DNA of 64,000 nucleotides from Eledone cirrhosa (Eukaryota): NCBI GenBank assembly GCA_964016885.1, contig OZ024740.1, positions 228,470,001 to 228,534,000 of the forward strand, read 5' to 3'. Shown piece by piece: positions 25,001 to 38,400 of this stretch (position 1 is its first letter; each line of letters starts with the position of its first letter). The notes under the pieces were generated by a model. It saw only the letters and a program-made list of their open reading frames with translations, ran no database searches and was not told where the DNA came from. The position numbers and the translations under genes were made by a program.

Positions 25001-25895
25001 GTATCTGTGTGTCTGTGTATCTGTGTATCTGTATCTGTGTGTCTGTGTGTCTGTGTATCTGTGTCTGTGTGTCTGTGTATCTGTGTGTCTGTGTGTCTGT
25101 GTATCTGTGTATCTGTGTATCTGTGTATCTGTGTGTCTGTGTATCTGTGTATCTGTGTATCTGTGTCTGTGTCTGTGTGTCTGTGTATCTGTGTGTCTGT
25201 GTGTCTGTGTGTCTGTGTATCTGTGTATCTGTGTATCTGTGTCTGTGTCTGTGTGTCTGTGTATCTGTGTGTCTGTGTATCTTTGTATCTGTGTGTCTGT
25301 GTGTCTGTGTGTCTGTGTATCTGTGTATATGTGTGTCTGTGTGTCTGTGTATCTGTGTATCTGTGTGTCTGTGTATCTGTGTGTCTGTGTATCTGTGTAT
25401 CTGTGTATCTGTGTGTCTGTGTATCTGTGTGTCTGTGTGTCTGTGTATCTGTGTATCTATGTGTCTGTGTATCTGTGTGTCTGTGTGTCTGTGTATCTGT
25501 GTCTGTGTATCTGTGTGTCTGTGTATCTGTGTATCTGTGTATCTGTGTGTCTGTGTGTCTGTGTATCTGTGTATCTGTATCTGTGTATCTGTGTGTCTGT
25601 GTATCTGTGTGTCTGTGTATCTGTGTGTCTGTGTATCTGTGTGTCTGTGTGTCTGTGTATCTGTGTGTCTGTGTGTCTGTGTATCTGTTTATCTGTGTGT
25701 CTGTGTATCTGTGTGTTTGTGTGTCTGTGTATCTGTGTGTCTGTGTATCTGTGTATCTGTGTCTGTGTATCTGTGTGTCTGTGTATCTCTGTGTCTGTGT
25801 GTCTGTGTGTCTGTGTATCTGTGTATCTGTGTATCTGTGTCTGTGTATCTGTGTGTCTGTGTGTCTTTGTGTCTGTGTATCTGTGTCTGTGTGTC
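19033..25895. repeat. Second block of the TCTGTGTR/TCTGTG satellite, ~6.9 kb
   Basis: Same units and same strand orientation as 1965-13409. Confidence 0.98.
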
Positions 25896-25995
25896 AGTCT
25901 ACTTAGTTCTCAACCATACACCCACACACGTTTTATTATGGTTATTTAGCCCCAGATCAACATTCTATCTAGCTGTGACCATCCCGTCATTATTT

Positions 25996-26160
25996 AGGTG
26001 AATTGGCAGTGTCGGTAGAGCGTCAGAGTTATGGCCCTTTACGGTCTGAGTTCAAATCCCGCTGGGTTTAACTTCGCCTTTCATCCTTACGGGGTCGATA
26101 AAATAAAGTACCAGTAATGCACTGGGTTATTGCTGGCCTTGTGCCAAAAGTAGAAACAAT
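25996..26160 (+). mobile_element. tRNA-derived SINE
   Basis: A-box-like TGGCAGTGTCGGTAGAGCG, B-box GAGTTCAAATCCC, and body GCCTTTCATCCTTACGGGGTCGATAAAATAAAGTACCAG shared with copies at 27.6, 27.8 and 50.3 kb. Confidence 0.85.
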
Positions 26161-26165
26161 TATTT

Positions 26166-26256
26166 AGGTGGATTAGCAGTATCGGTCGGGCCTCGGACAA
26201 CAAGCTTCGCGGCATAAAGATACGGCCCTTAACATTGTGAGTTCAAATCCCGCCGA
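26166..26256 (+). mobile_element. tRNA-derived SINE head (3'-truncated)
   Basis: GGTGGATTAGCAG...GAGTTCAAATCCCGCCG, similar to the preceding SINE head. Confidence 0.7.
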
Positions 26257-26293
26257 AAAAAAGGTTAAGATAGAAGTTACATAATCATATTTA

Positions 26294-26355
26294 TTAATTA
26301 TACGTATCTCCGTGACAGCAGCAGGGAGCAGCTGTGCAATCGTTACAACAGCGAC
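26294..26355 (-). CDS. Candidate terminal exon (Cys-rich reading xRCCNDCTAAPCCCHGDTYN*)
   Basis: Minus-strand TGCAG acceptor, GC-richer island, stop overlapped by AATAAA. Weak pyrimidine tract. An alternative frame (VAVVTIAQLLPAAV) is also open. Confidence 0.2.
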
Positions 26356-26944
26356 CTGCATATATGTATATACATACATGCATAAATGTGAGTGTATATA
26401 TGTCTCGTAACTTCGAAGTTCAAGTAAAAGGAATTTGATCACTCCGCTCTTGGCATAGAATCTATCATCCTCTCCTTTCCCTCTCTTTTCCGTGGCCTAA
26501 TAGTCCTTGCTTTTCCCTCATTTTCCTCTCATTTATGGCATTGATAGTCCTTTTCTCTACTTTCCTATACAGCCAGATCTGCCCTTCTTTACCCCTTCCT
26601 CCCTTTTTTCATTACTTAATTTTGGTTTTTATCTTTTTGTCATATTTCCATCATTGTATAACTTCTTTTTGTAACATAAAAGATTGATATGATCGACTAA
26701 ATGAAGACTGTGCCCCCCCCAGCATGGTCGCCGCCTAATGACTGAAACCAGTAAAACAAATATTATTTATAAATAGACTAAAAGCACTTGAAATCCTGTT
26801 TAGACTATTTTTGCTAAGCCAAAGGTTTTTCCTGGCTTTTTCTTTTATGTTTTATTCCCCTCGCCCCCCATGATTTAATTTTGCTTATCAATTCGCCGCG
26901 TGTTGTGTTTTGTTAAATATTGCAAATTTCGGGACTGTTTAGAA

Positions 26945-27100
26945 ATGGGTGGGAGACCCGGAGGGAGACCACGAGTTAAATGGTTGGAGAACATCCATGA
27001 GCTCGGTTGGTCTCGCTTCGGGATCCTTTGGAGGTGACTACTTCTTACAGAACCCAGGAATCAGGAATAAGTCGGCGATGAAGAAGAAGAAGAAGAAGAA
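26945..27100 (+). mobile_element. RTE-clade LINE 3' remnant with (GAA)n tail
   Basis: Translates GRPGGRPRVKWLENIHELGWSRFGI, matching the fragment at 53.6-53.8 kb (GRRPRDRPRARWLENIHEVGWSCLGI). Confidence 0.75.
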
Positions 27101-27574
27101 CTTTTGCTCTGTGCTAAATTAATGCAGTATCAAGAGTAGCATTTGCTACGAGTCCAGTACTAAGTATTTCTTACTGAATTTAACTCGTAGGTCACACTTT
27201 GGCCTCTTTGGCCTCTTTATTGTATATACTATAGATTCCGTACTAACTTAAACCGGCACTACTCTTACTGCATCACTTAATCTTATGTCCTCTTGAGCAG
27301 TTCTGCATATTGGGTAACTCTAAGTGTATAGCATAGTAATGTTGTAAAAAAAGGTTTAATTTAGACGATTGAAATAATGGTTTCTATGAATCATGTTTCG
27401 TTTCTCAACCTACTCATACTTATGGACATAAATCTATTCCACATACGTACCACCACCATAAATGAAACTTAAGCCTCAGTCCGCCTGGAAGGAGAAGACA
27501 TTGCCCCTGAGGATGGTGAAGGAGACGCACTGAAACAGCCACTCCGCTTGTGGTATATATTGTAAATAGATTTG

Positions 27575-27725
27575 GGTGGTGGACTGGCAGATTCATTAGC
27601 GGAAATTCAACCTCCTCTTTATGTTCTAAGTTCAAATCCCGATGAGAACAACTTTACTCTTTATCTTTCCGGAGATCGATAAAATAAAGTACCAGTCAAG
27701 CACTAGCGTCGATGTAATCGACTTT
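27575..27725 (+). mobile_element. tRNA-derived SINE (diverged)
   Basis: GGACTGGCAGA head, AGTTCAAATCCC B-box, TCGATAAAATAAAGTACCAGT body. Confidence 0.75.
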
Positions 27726-27794
27726 TTCCGCTGGTCTTTAAAACAATTAATTTTTTTTTTAAATTTATTTTTAGATTTTTACAAAGTTCTCATA

Positions 27795-27945
27795 ATAAGG
27801 GTTTCTAATCTCGGCACCAGTCCAGCAATTTTAGAGGACGAGAAAGTCGATTAAGTCGATCTCAGTACTTGACTGGAACTTTATTATATCGAGCCTGGAA
27901 GGATGTAAATTAAAGTTGACCCCGATAGGATTTGAACTCTGAAAG
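27795..27945 (-). mobile_element. tRNA-derived SINE (diverged), tail-to-tail with the previous copy
   Basis: Reverse complement contains GAGTTCAAATCC...CTCGATATAATAAAGTTCCAGTCAAGTACTGAGATCGA. Confidence 0.75.
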
Positions 27946-28069
27946 TTGTCCTGACTTCAAATCTACCAATCAATCAAATCCGCCAAACTATGGCCCAGGA
28001 TAACTTTATCTTCTTGTTGTATGACATATGTTCAATTGCTAGAGAGAGAGAGAGAGAGGGAGAGAGAGA

Positions 28070-28250
28070 GATTAGTGAGCCAGACTAAGGCGTCATTTGT
28101 AGTATTATGGATTGTATCAAGGCCGCCGGGAAAACTTTTAAGGGGGCAATCCCGAACGACATACAGAACTATCTGGTCAGGGTCCCCACAGTCACATGCT
28201 GGGCTGACTTCATTATTCTATCGATAGAGATTATGGTCTGTCCTTGCATG
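28070..28250 (-). mobile_element. Non-LTR retrotransposon ORF2 C-terminal remnant (zinc-knuckle region)
   Basis: Manual translation HNLYR*NNEVSPACDCGDPDQIVLYVVRDCPLKSFPGGLDTIHNTTNDALVWLTNL resembles a LINE ORF2 end with CxC..(H)..C, with one nonsense change. Clade not assigned. Confidence 0.7.
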
Positions 28251-28439
28251 CCAGGATAGCTTCATAACATATCTACATTAGTAGACATGTAAAACATATT
28301 TAGAAAATAACAACTCTAAATTAAGTAGTAGTTATATGTATTCCTGCGTCCACCCTCATTTCCATCATTGGTATGGTATGATTTAACCGAGATTTGACTG
28401 CTATTTCTAGAAGGTCGACCGACCGACTATGTACACGTT

Positions 28440-29400
<961 letters not shown>

Positions 29401-29689
29401 CACTATTTGTTCCAACTCTTTGCGTTCCGACTTGAAATCCCTTATGACTGTCTGGTCCGTGGGTGCCTTTAGGAGCGGAGTCCACTGTGTTCCCAGCATT
29501 CGAGGCCGAGCTCCAGTTTGAGAATGTCTTCCGTTTTCCCGAAAACGGTCAAGGCATCGTAAAGGGTCACGTGTACTCTCCCCTCCCCGCCTCATTAGAC
29601 AGTAAAACGTTTTGTTTATTTTTTAATTAAAAAAAAAAATAAAATCAGTTTCTTTCCATCTCTACTGTTTGTCAATCTTTATTTCACGT

Positions 29690-29905
29690 TGCTCCAGTTC
29701 ACTCAGCTGGCAAAAATGAGCTGTACCTGTAATTAGAAGGGCCAGCCTTGTCACATTCTGTATCACACCGAATCTCCCTGAGAACTACGTAAAGGTTATG
29801 CGTGTTTGTGGAATGCTCAGCTACTTGCACGTTAATTTTACGAGCAGGCTGTTCCATTGATCGGATCAACTGGAACACTCGTCGTCGTAACCGACGGAGT
29901 GCTTT
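29690..29905 (+). mobile_element. Second SINE-like dispersed repeat family
   Basis: TGCTCCAGTTCACTCAGCTG...GAATCTCCCTGAGAA...CACGTTAATTT. Homologous segments at 30278-30432 (+) and 59226-59345 (rearranged). Confidence 0.75.
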
Positions 29906-30277
29906 CCATCTATGTTGGAGGCAACCGTGACGCCCCGAGGTCGATCACAGTGGTTGACATCTTGGACAAATGTCATTTACTTTACCACATCCATGTTAAA
30001 CTGAGGGTTCCCCGAGGGCTACATGGGTCACATATGTGTCCTCTGAGGCCCACACACGACAACTAATTGCTCACATTACAACTAATTCTACGAACTAAAA
30101 CATGCTCGCGTTGTAAAAACCTCTGTGCCGGCCGCAGGTGTGCTTGTAAAAGGCCGCATGCGGTGCGGGCCGCATTTTTGACCTGCCTAGTTTACCATAC
30201 TCTCGGTTCGACCCATACACAGCCTGGGAGGGAAGTCGGATAGAGAGAAGAGCTTTTTGCAAGAATATTGAATGCAC

Positions 30278-30432
30278 TGTACCTGTAATTCCAAGAGCCA
30301 GTCGTGTCACAAGATGTGACACGCTGAATCTCCCTGAGAATTACATTAAACGTACACGTCTTTATGGAATACTTAGCCACTTACACGTTAATTTCATGAA
30401 CAGCAGGTCCGTGGCTCGATCAATTAGAACAT
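30278..30432 (+). mobile_element. SINE-like repeat, diverged copy of the 29.7 kb family, followed by (TTG)n/(TTC)n
   Basis: TGTACCTGTAATT...GAATCTCCCTGAGAATTAC...CACGTTAATTTCA aligns by eye with 29722-29880. Confidence 0.7.
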
Positions 30433-30824
30433 TCTTGTTGTTGTTGTTGTTGTTGCTGTTGCTGTTGCCGCTGTTGTTGTTGTTGTTCTTCTTCTTCTTC
30501 TCCTTCTCTTTCTTCTTCTTCTTCTTCTTCTTCTTCTTTCATCAACACCCCAGCACGTTACACCCTTTTGCATCCGTGTTTCTTTTTTCTTTCTCTCACT
30601 TTTTATATTCTCTCTCTCTCTCTCCCCCTCGCTCTCTCCTCTCTCTCTCCCTCTCCCTCTCTCCCCCTCCCCCTCTCTCTCTCCGCCTCTCACCCCCCCT
30701 CTCTCTCTCCTCCTATATATTTATATATAATATATCAGCTCTTGATTCTCTCCACTCTTCACAGTTCGGATTCGCTTTCTCTCTATCCGTCTGCCAGTTT
30801 ACATGGCACACTTTCCCACACGCA

Positions 30825-30889
<65 letters not shown>

Positions 30890-31195
30890 ATACACACGCA
30901 CACACACACATACACATATATACAGACACACACATACATACACACACATACACACACATACACACACACATACACACACACATACACACACACATACACA
31001 CACACATACACACACACATACACCCACCCACACACATACACATATATACACAGACACACACACAAACACACACACACACACATACACACATATACATACA
31101 TGCTGGTTTCGGATCTAGCTGTCGAAAAGTCCGGAGCTCAGCCGTCGGACTCCTAACTCTTTTCTCGTATATATATATATATGTATATAAGAAGA

Positions 31196-31230
<35 letters not shown>

Positions 31231-31234
31231 AGAA

Positions 31235-31272
<38 letters not shown>

Positions 31273-31322
31273 TCTTTTACCTGTTTCAGCCATCCGGCTG
31301 AGGCCATGCTGGGGCATCTATC

Positions 31323-31367
<45 letters not shown>

Positions 31368-31369
<2 letters not shown>

Positions 31370-31500
31370 GCCGTCGAAACGGCTTGAGCTCTGCCGTCGG
31401 GGGTCATACTTTTTCCTATTTCCCACTCTACTACCCTAAGTATTGAGTACTCTGGTGCGTTATGGTCCATCTGGTTCCTTACCACAATTCCTTTGTTATA
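31368..31500 (+). mobile_element. ~130-bp dispersed repeat embedded in (TA)n (same family as 62.95-63.44 kb)
   Basis: TAGCCGTCGAAACGGCTTGAGCTC...GAGTACT..GGTGCGTTATGGTCCA...CCTTACCACA. Partial copies at ~31112-31165 and ~61340-61390. Confidence 0.85.
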
Positions 31501-31503
31501 TAT

Positions 31504-31558
<55 letters not shown>

Positions 31559-31753
31559 CCCACACACACACACACACATACACACACACATATATATATA
31601 TATATATATCCGTACGTATATACATATATATCCAAACATTTCCACTACCTCATTCTTTCTCTCATGTCTTTCTGTTCACACATTGTGTTGGTCTTCAACC
31701 TGAAAGCGTTATGTTTATCTCTTCATTGACCTCAATCTATCTATCTACCTATA

Positions 31754-31786
<33 letters not shown>

Positions 31787-31794
31787 GCCTGTCT

Positions 31795-31834
31795 TTGTCC
31801 CCTTCTTTTGTGCCCCTGTGGCTAATAAAGAAAT
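31795..31834 (+). mobile_element. Extreme 3' end of a Tx1-like LINE related to the full-length element
   Basis: TGTCCCCTTCTTTTGTGCCCCTGTGGCTAATAAAGAAAT versus the element end TGTCCCTTTCTTTTGTGCCCTAGTGGCAAATAAACAGAAAT. Confidence 0.8.
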
Positions 31835-31835
31835 A

Positions 31836-31885
<50 letters not shown>

Positions 31886-32028
31886 CCATTTGTGGCGCCT
31901 CCCCCCTATTGGGGATTTCGATTGTTGAAATTGTTTGTTTTTATATTTTTTATACGACTGTATGTAAAATCCCCGGCATGTCTTTGTATTGTCCCCTTTC
32001 TTGTTGCGCCCTTGTGGCTAATAAAGAA

Positions 32029-32030
<2 letters not shown>
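31886..32030 (+). mobile_element. 5'-truncated 3' UTR of a related Tx1-like LINE within (TCTA)n
   Basis: CCCTATTGGGGA..TTTGTTTTTATATTTTT..TGTAAAATCCCC..TGTCCCCTTTCTTG..GCCCTTGTGGCTAATAAAGAAAT is colinear with 18905-19032. Confidence 0.8.
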
Positions 32031-32094
<64 letters not shown>

Positions 32095-32419
32095 TATCCC
32101 CCCTATCCCTCGCTCTCTCTCGTCTACATTTCCTTCCTTTCTTTTCACCTATTTCCTCATACTTCACCGCATCCTCTCTCTCCATAACCTTATCTATCTC
32201 TCCTTTCTCACTTTATCTTCCATTTTCTCTTCTTCCTCTCCTCCCCTTCCTCTTCCCTCTCTCTCACTCTCTCTCTCTTCCATGTCACTGCCACCACTTC
32301 TGTCAACTATACCGTCAAATTAAGACCTCTTTCTACCAACAGTCACGCTGACATTCGTTCGTTGACCTCATTTCGAGACAGGATATTTGTTTTATTTTAT
32401 TTTTACCTTATATATATAT

Positions 32420-33275
32420 TTATTATTATTGTCATTATTGTTATTATTAGTGTTATTATTATCATAAATATAATTAATATTATCCATTACCATCATTATC
32501 ATCATCATCATCATTATTGTCATTTGTTCGCTGTCGGTTGTGGTGGTGGTGGTGGTGGTGGTGGTGGTGGTGTTGTTGTTGTTGTTGTTGGTGGTGGTGG
32601 TGTTGTTGTTGGTGGTGGTGGTGGTGGTGGTGTTGTTGTTGGTCGTGGTGGTGGTGTTGGTGGTGTTGTTGTTGGTGGTGGTGTTTGTGGTGGTGGTGTT
32701 GGTGGTGGTGGTGTTGTTGTTGGTGGTGGTGGTGGTGTTGGTGGTGGTCCTAGTGTTGGTTGTGTAGATGATGGTGGTGTAGTTGGTGTTGGTGTTGGTG
32801 GCGTTGGTGTTGGTGTTGATGGTGGTGGTGGTGTTGTTGTTGTTGTTGGTGGTGGTGTTGGTGGTCCTGGTGTTGGTTGTGTAGATGATGGTGGTGTAGT
32901 TGTTGTTGTTGTTGGTGTTGTTGTTGGTGGTGGTGGTGTTGTTGTTGTTGTTGGTGGTGGTGGCGTTGATGTTGATGATGGTGTTGGTGGTGGTGGTGGT
33001 ATTGATATTGGGTGATGGTGGTGTTGTTGATGTTGATGATGGTGGTAGTGGTGGTGGTGTTGTTGGTGGTGGTGATGGTAGTGGTGGTGGTGTTGGTGGT
33101 GGTGACGGCGGCTGTGGTGTTGTTGTTGGTGGTGGTTGTGGTGTTATTGTTTTTGTTGCTGTTGTTGATGTTGGTGGTGGTGGTAGTGGTAGTGGTGGTG
33201 GTAGTGGTGGTGTTTGTGATGGTGGTGTCGGTGGTGGTGTTAGTGGTGTTGGTGGTGATGGCGGCGGCTGTGGTG
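32420..33275. repeat. Degenerate trinucleotide tracts (ATT/CAT, then GGT/GTT)
   Basis: Visible directly. Confidence 0.9.
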
Positions 33276-33486
33276 CTGTTTTGTTGTCACTGACGTATTC
33301 CGTCCTTAAGAACAAAAGACAACAACAACATCACAGAATCTGGTGGTGCACTCCACTCCGATGCTCTACTTCTCCTTCCTCTCATTTCAATATCTTTCTC
33401 TCACTGCCTCTCTAACTCTCTAACTTTCTCACTCTCCCTCTCTCTATTTCCTTCCTTTCATTTCTTTCTGCATTTTTCTTCTATCT

Positions 33487-34166
<680 letters not shown>

Positions 34167-34376
34167 TTTCTCTCATGCTATAGATTTCATATACTGTATT
34201 TCTTTCTCTTTCTCTCAAACATTGTCGATTTTCCTTCACTCTCTTTCTCTACCCTATTAGTGCCATCTCTCTCTCTCTCCCTCACCCTCTCTCTCTCTCA
34301 CACACACATACTCTCTCTCTCTCTTTCTTTCTCTTTCTCTCTATATATGTATGTATATATATATATATATATATAG

Positions 34377-34408
<32 letters not shown>

Positions 34409-34505
34409 AATTTTATTATTTGTTTTTACTTTACTGGTTCCAGTCATTAGACTGCAGCCATGTATAAACACACACACACACACACATACAGACACACACA
34501 CGCAT

Positions 34506-34563
<58 letters not shown>

Positions 34564-35177
34564 CTCTGTGTGTGTATCTGTGTGACTGCGTGTGTATACA
34601 TATATATATATGCATATACTATATATGTGAATATATATATATATATGTGTGTATGTGTGTGTGTGTATTTGTCTCTCTTTTACTCTCTCACATCTCTCTC
34701 ACACACGGTCCCTTTCTCCCCCCCCATTCTCCTGTCCTCCTCCTCCCCCTCCTCCCCTTCCTCCTCCTCTTTGTTCCGCTTCTTTTTAAGTGCAAACACA
34801 TCTGATATTGCATGAATTCAAAACATACAAAGGAGTCCGAGTGAACAAAACAAAGAGTAGCAAGGTGAGAGAGGGGGAGGGTGGTGAGTGATGTAGAGAG
34901 AAACAGAAGGGGAGGAGTGGGGGGGGGGAAGAGGGTAGGAAAGGGTGAGAAAAGAGGGAGAGAGAAGAGAAGGGAGGAAAGAGGAAAGAGAAAGAGGGGA
35001 GAGAGGTGGGTATGGGAGAAAGAAGGAGAGGAAGAGAGAGAGAGGGAGCAGGATAATGAATCAGAAGAGAGAGTGAGAGAGAGAGAAGCAGAGAGAGCCA
35101 AAGGGATGGAGAGAGCAACAGAAAGATGAGGGTGATGGAGAGAGCAAGAGAGAGAGAAAGAGGGAGGGAGAGAGAGC

Positions 35178-35249
<72 letters not shown>

Positions 35250-35492
35250 GAGAGAGAGTATGGGAAGGTAGGTGAGAGAAGAAGAAGAAGAAGAAGAAGA
35301 TATTAAAGGAAATAGAAAACGCAAGTGATGTTGATGATGATGTTGGTGTTGGGGTGGTGATGGTGGTGGCGGTGGTGATGATGATGATGTTGGTGGTGAT
35401 GCTAGGGGTGGTGTTGTTGCTTGTGGTGGTGGCGGTGGTGATAGCGGCGGTGGTGGTACTACTGGTGATGATGATGATCATTATGGGGATAT

Positions 35493-38400
35493 CAGTGACA
35501 ATGACAGTGACGATGACAGTGACGATGACAGTGAAAATGAGAGTGTCGATGGCAGTGACAATGACAGTGACAATGACAGTGACGATGACAGTGTCAATGA
35601 CAGTGTCAATGACAGTGACAATGACAGTGACGATGACAGTGACAATGACAGTGACGATGACAGTGTCAATGACAGTGACAATGACAGTGACGATGACAGT
35701 GACAATGACAGTGACGATGACAGTGACAATGACAGTGTCTATGACAGTGTCAATGACAGTGACAATGACAGTGACGATGACAGTGACAATGACAGTGACG
35801 ATGACAGTGACAATGACAGTGACAATGACAGTGTCTATGACAGTGAAAATGACAGTGACGATGACAGTGACGATGACAGTGACAATGACAGTGACAATGA
35901 CAGTGTCTATGACAGTGTCTATGACAGTGACAATGACAGTGACGATGACAGTGACGATGACAGTGACAATGACAGTGACGATGACAGTGACAATGACAGT
36001 GACAATGACAGTGACGATGACAGTGACAATGACAGTGACAATGACAGTGTCAATGACAGTGACAATGACAGTGACGATGACAGTGTCAATGACAGTGACA
36101 ATGACAGTGTCTATGACAGTGACAATGACAGTGTCTATGACAGTGACAATGACAGTGACGATGACAGTGTCAATGACAGTGACAATGACAGTGTCTATGA
36201 CAGTGACAATGACAGTGACGATGACAGTGACGATGACAGTGACGATGACGGTGACAATGACAGTGACGATGACAGTGACAATGACAGTGACGATGACAGT
36301 GTCAATGACAGTGACAATGACAGTGACGATGACAGTGACAATGACAGTGACGATGACAGTGACGATGACAGTGACAATGACAGTGACAATGACAGTGACA
36401 ATGACAGTGACGATGACAGTGACGATGACAGTGACGATGACAGTGACAGTGACGATGACAGTGACAATGACAGTGACGATGACAGTGACGATGACAGTGA
36501 CGATGACAGTGACAATGACAGTGACAATGACAGTGACGATGACAGTGACGATGACAGTGACGATGACAGTGACGATGACAGTGACGATGACAGTGACAAT
36601 GACAGTGACGATGACAGTGACGATGACAGTGACAATGACAGTGACAATGACAGTGACGATGACAGTGACAATGACAGTGATGATGACAGTGACGATGACA
36701 GTGACGATGACAGTGACAATGACAGTGACAATGACAGTGACAATGACAGTGACAATGACAGAGACGATGACAGTGACAATGACAGTGACGATGACAGTGA
36801 CGATGACAGTGTCGATGACAGTGTCGATGACAGTGTCGATGACAGTGTCGATGACAGTGTCGATGACAGTGACAATGACAGTGTCGTTGACAGTGACAAT
36901 GACAGTGACAATGACAGTGTCGATGACAGTGTCGATGACAGTGACAGTGACAATGACAGTGACGATGACGATGACAGTGACGATGACAGTGACAATGACA
37001 GTGACAATGACAGTGACGATGACAGTGACGATGACAGTGACGATGACAGTGACGATGACAGTGACAATGATAGTGACAATGACAGTGACAATGACAGTGA
37101 CGATGACAGTGACAATGACAGTGACGATGACAGTGTCGATGACAGTGTCGATGACAGTGACGATGACAGTGTCAATGACAGTGACAATGACAGTGACGAT
37201 GACAGTGACGATGACAGTGACGATGACAGTGACGATGACAGTGACGATGACAGTGACGATGACAGTGACGATGACAGTGTCAATGACAGTGACGATGACA
37301 GTGATGATGACAGTGACGATGACAGTGACGATGACAGTGACGATGACAGTGACGATGACAGTGCCAATGACAGTGACAATGACAGTGACGATGACAGTGA
37401 CGATGACAGTGACGATGACAGTGACGATGACAGTGACGATGACAGTGACGATGACAGTGTCAATGACAGTGACGATGACAGTGACGATGACAGTGACGAT
37501 GACAGTGACGATGACAGTGACGATGACAGTGACGATGATAGTGTCAATGACAGTGACGATGACAGTGATGATGACAGTGACGATGACAGTGACGATGACA
37601 GTGACAATGACAGTGACGATGACAGTGACAATGACAGTGACGATGACAGTGACGATGACAGTGACGATGACAGTGACGATGACAGTGACGATGACAGTGA
37701 CGATGACAGTGACAATGACAGTGACGATGACAGTGACGATGACAGTGATGATGACAGTGACAATGACTGACGTTGACAGTGTCGATGACAGTGACGATGA
37801 CAGTGACGATGACAGTGACGATGACAGTGACGATGACAGTGACGATGACAGTGACAATGACTGACGTTGACAGTGTCGATGACAGTGACGATGACAGTGA
37901 CGATGACAGTGACGATGACAGTGACAGTGACGATGACAGTGACAATGTCAGTGACGATGACAATGACGATGACAGTGACGATGACAGTGACGATGACAGT
38001 GACAATGACAGTGACGATGACAGTGACGATGACAGTGACGATGACAGTGACAATGACAGTGACGATGACAGTGACAATGAGAGTGACAATGATAGTGACA
38101 ATGACAGTGACGATGACAGTGACGATGACAGTGACGATGACAGTGACGATGACAGTGACGATGACAGTGACAATGACAGTGTCGATGACAGTGACGATGA
38201 CAGTGACAATGACAGTGTCGATGACAGTGACGATGACAGTGACAATGACAGTGACGATGACAGTGACAATGACAGTGACAATGACAGTGTCGATGACAGT
38301 GACGATGACAGTGACAATGACAGTGACAATGACAGTGACGATGACAGTGACAATGACAGTGACGATGACAGTGACGATGACAGTGACAATGAGAGTGACA

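Noticed and set aside
1965-25895. Telomere with telomeric retrotransposons
   Set aside because: There is no TTAGGG or TTAGG. The TG-rich strand runs 5' to 3' into interior sequence at 25.9 kb rather than toward a chromosome end.
1946-25949. Very long C/V/S/L/Y/I-rich ORFs and HRYTDTQ antisense ORFs
   Set aside because: They are translations of a stop-poor TG satellite, open in all three frames at once.
25996-26256. tRNA genes
   Set aside because: A and B boxes are present but there is no cloverleaf, and the sequences continue into a shared SINE body.
30085-30195. hAT/Charlie-like MITE end (GGCCGCATGCGG..GCGGGCCGCA)
   Set aside because: Only one putative end is visible, with no partner TIR or 8-bp TSD.
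30095-30322. R4-like C-terminus (GTVHSIFLQKALLSI)
   Set aside because: It overlaps the antisense of a SINE-like repeat (30278 onward), so the resemblance is probably coincidental.
32362-33415. Gly/Val-rich structural protein ORFs
   Set aside because: Degenerate GGT/GTT microsatellite with a frame change and no credible start or splice context.
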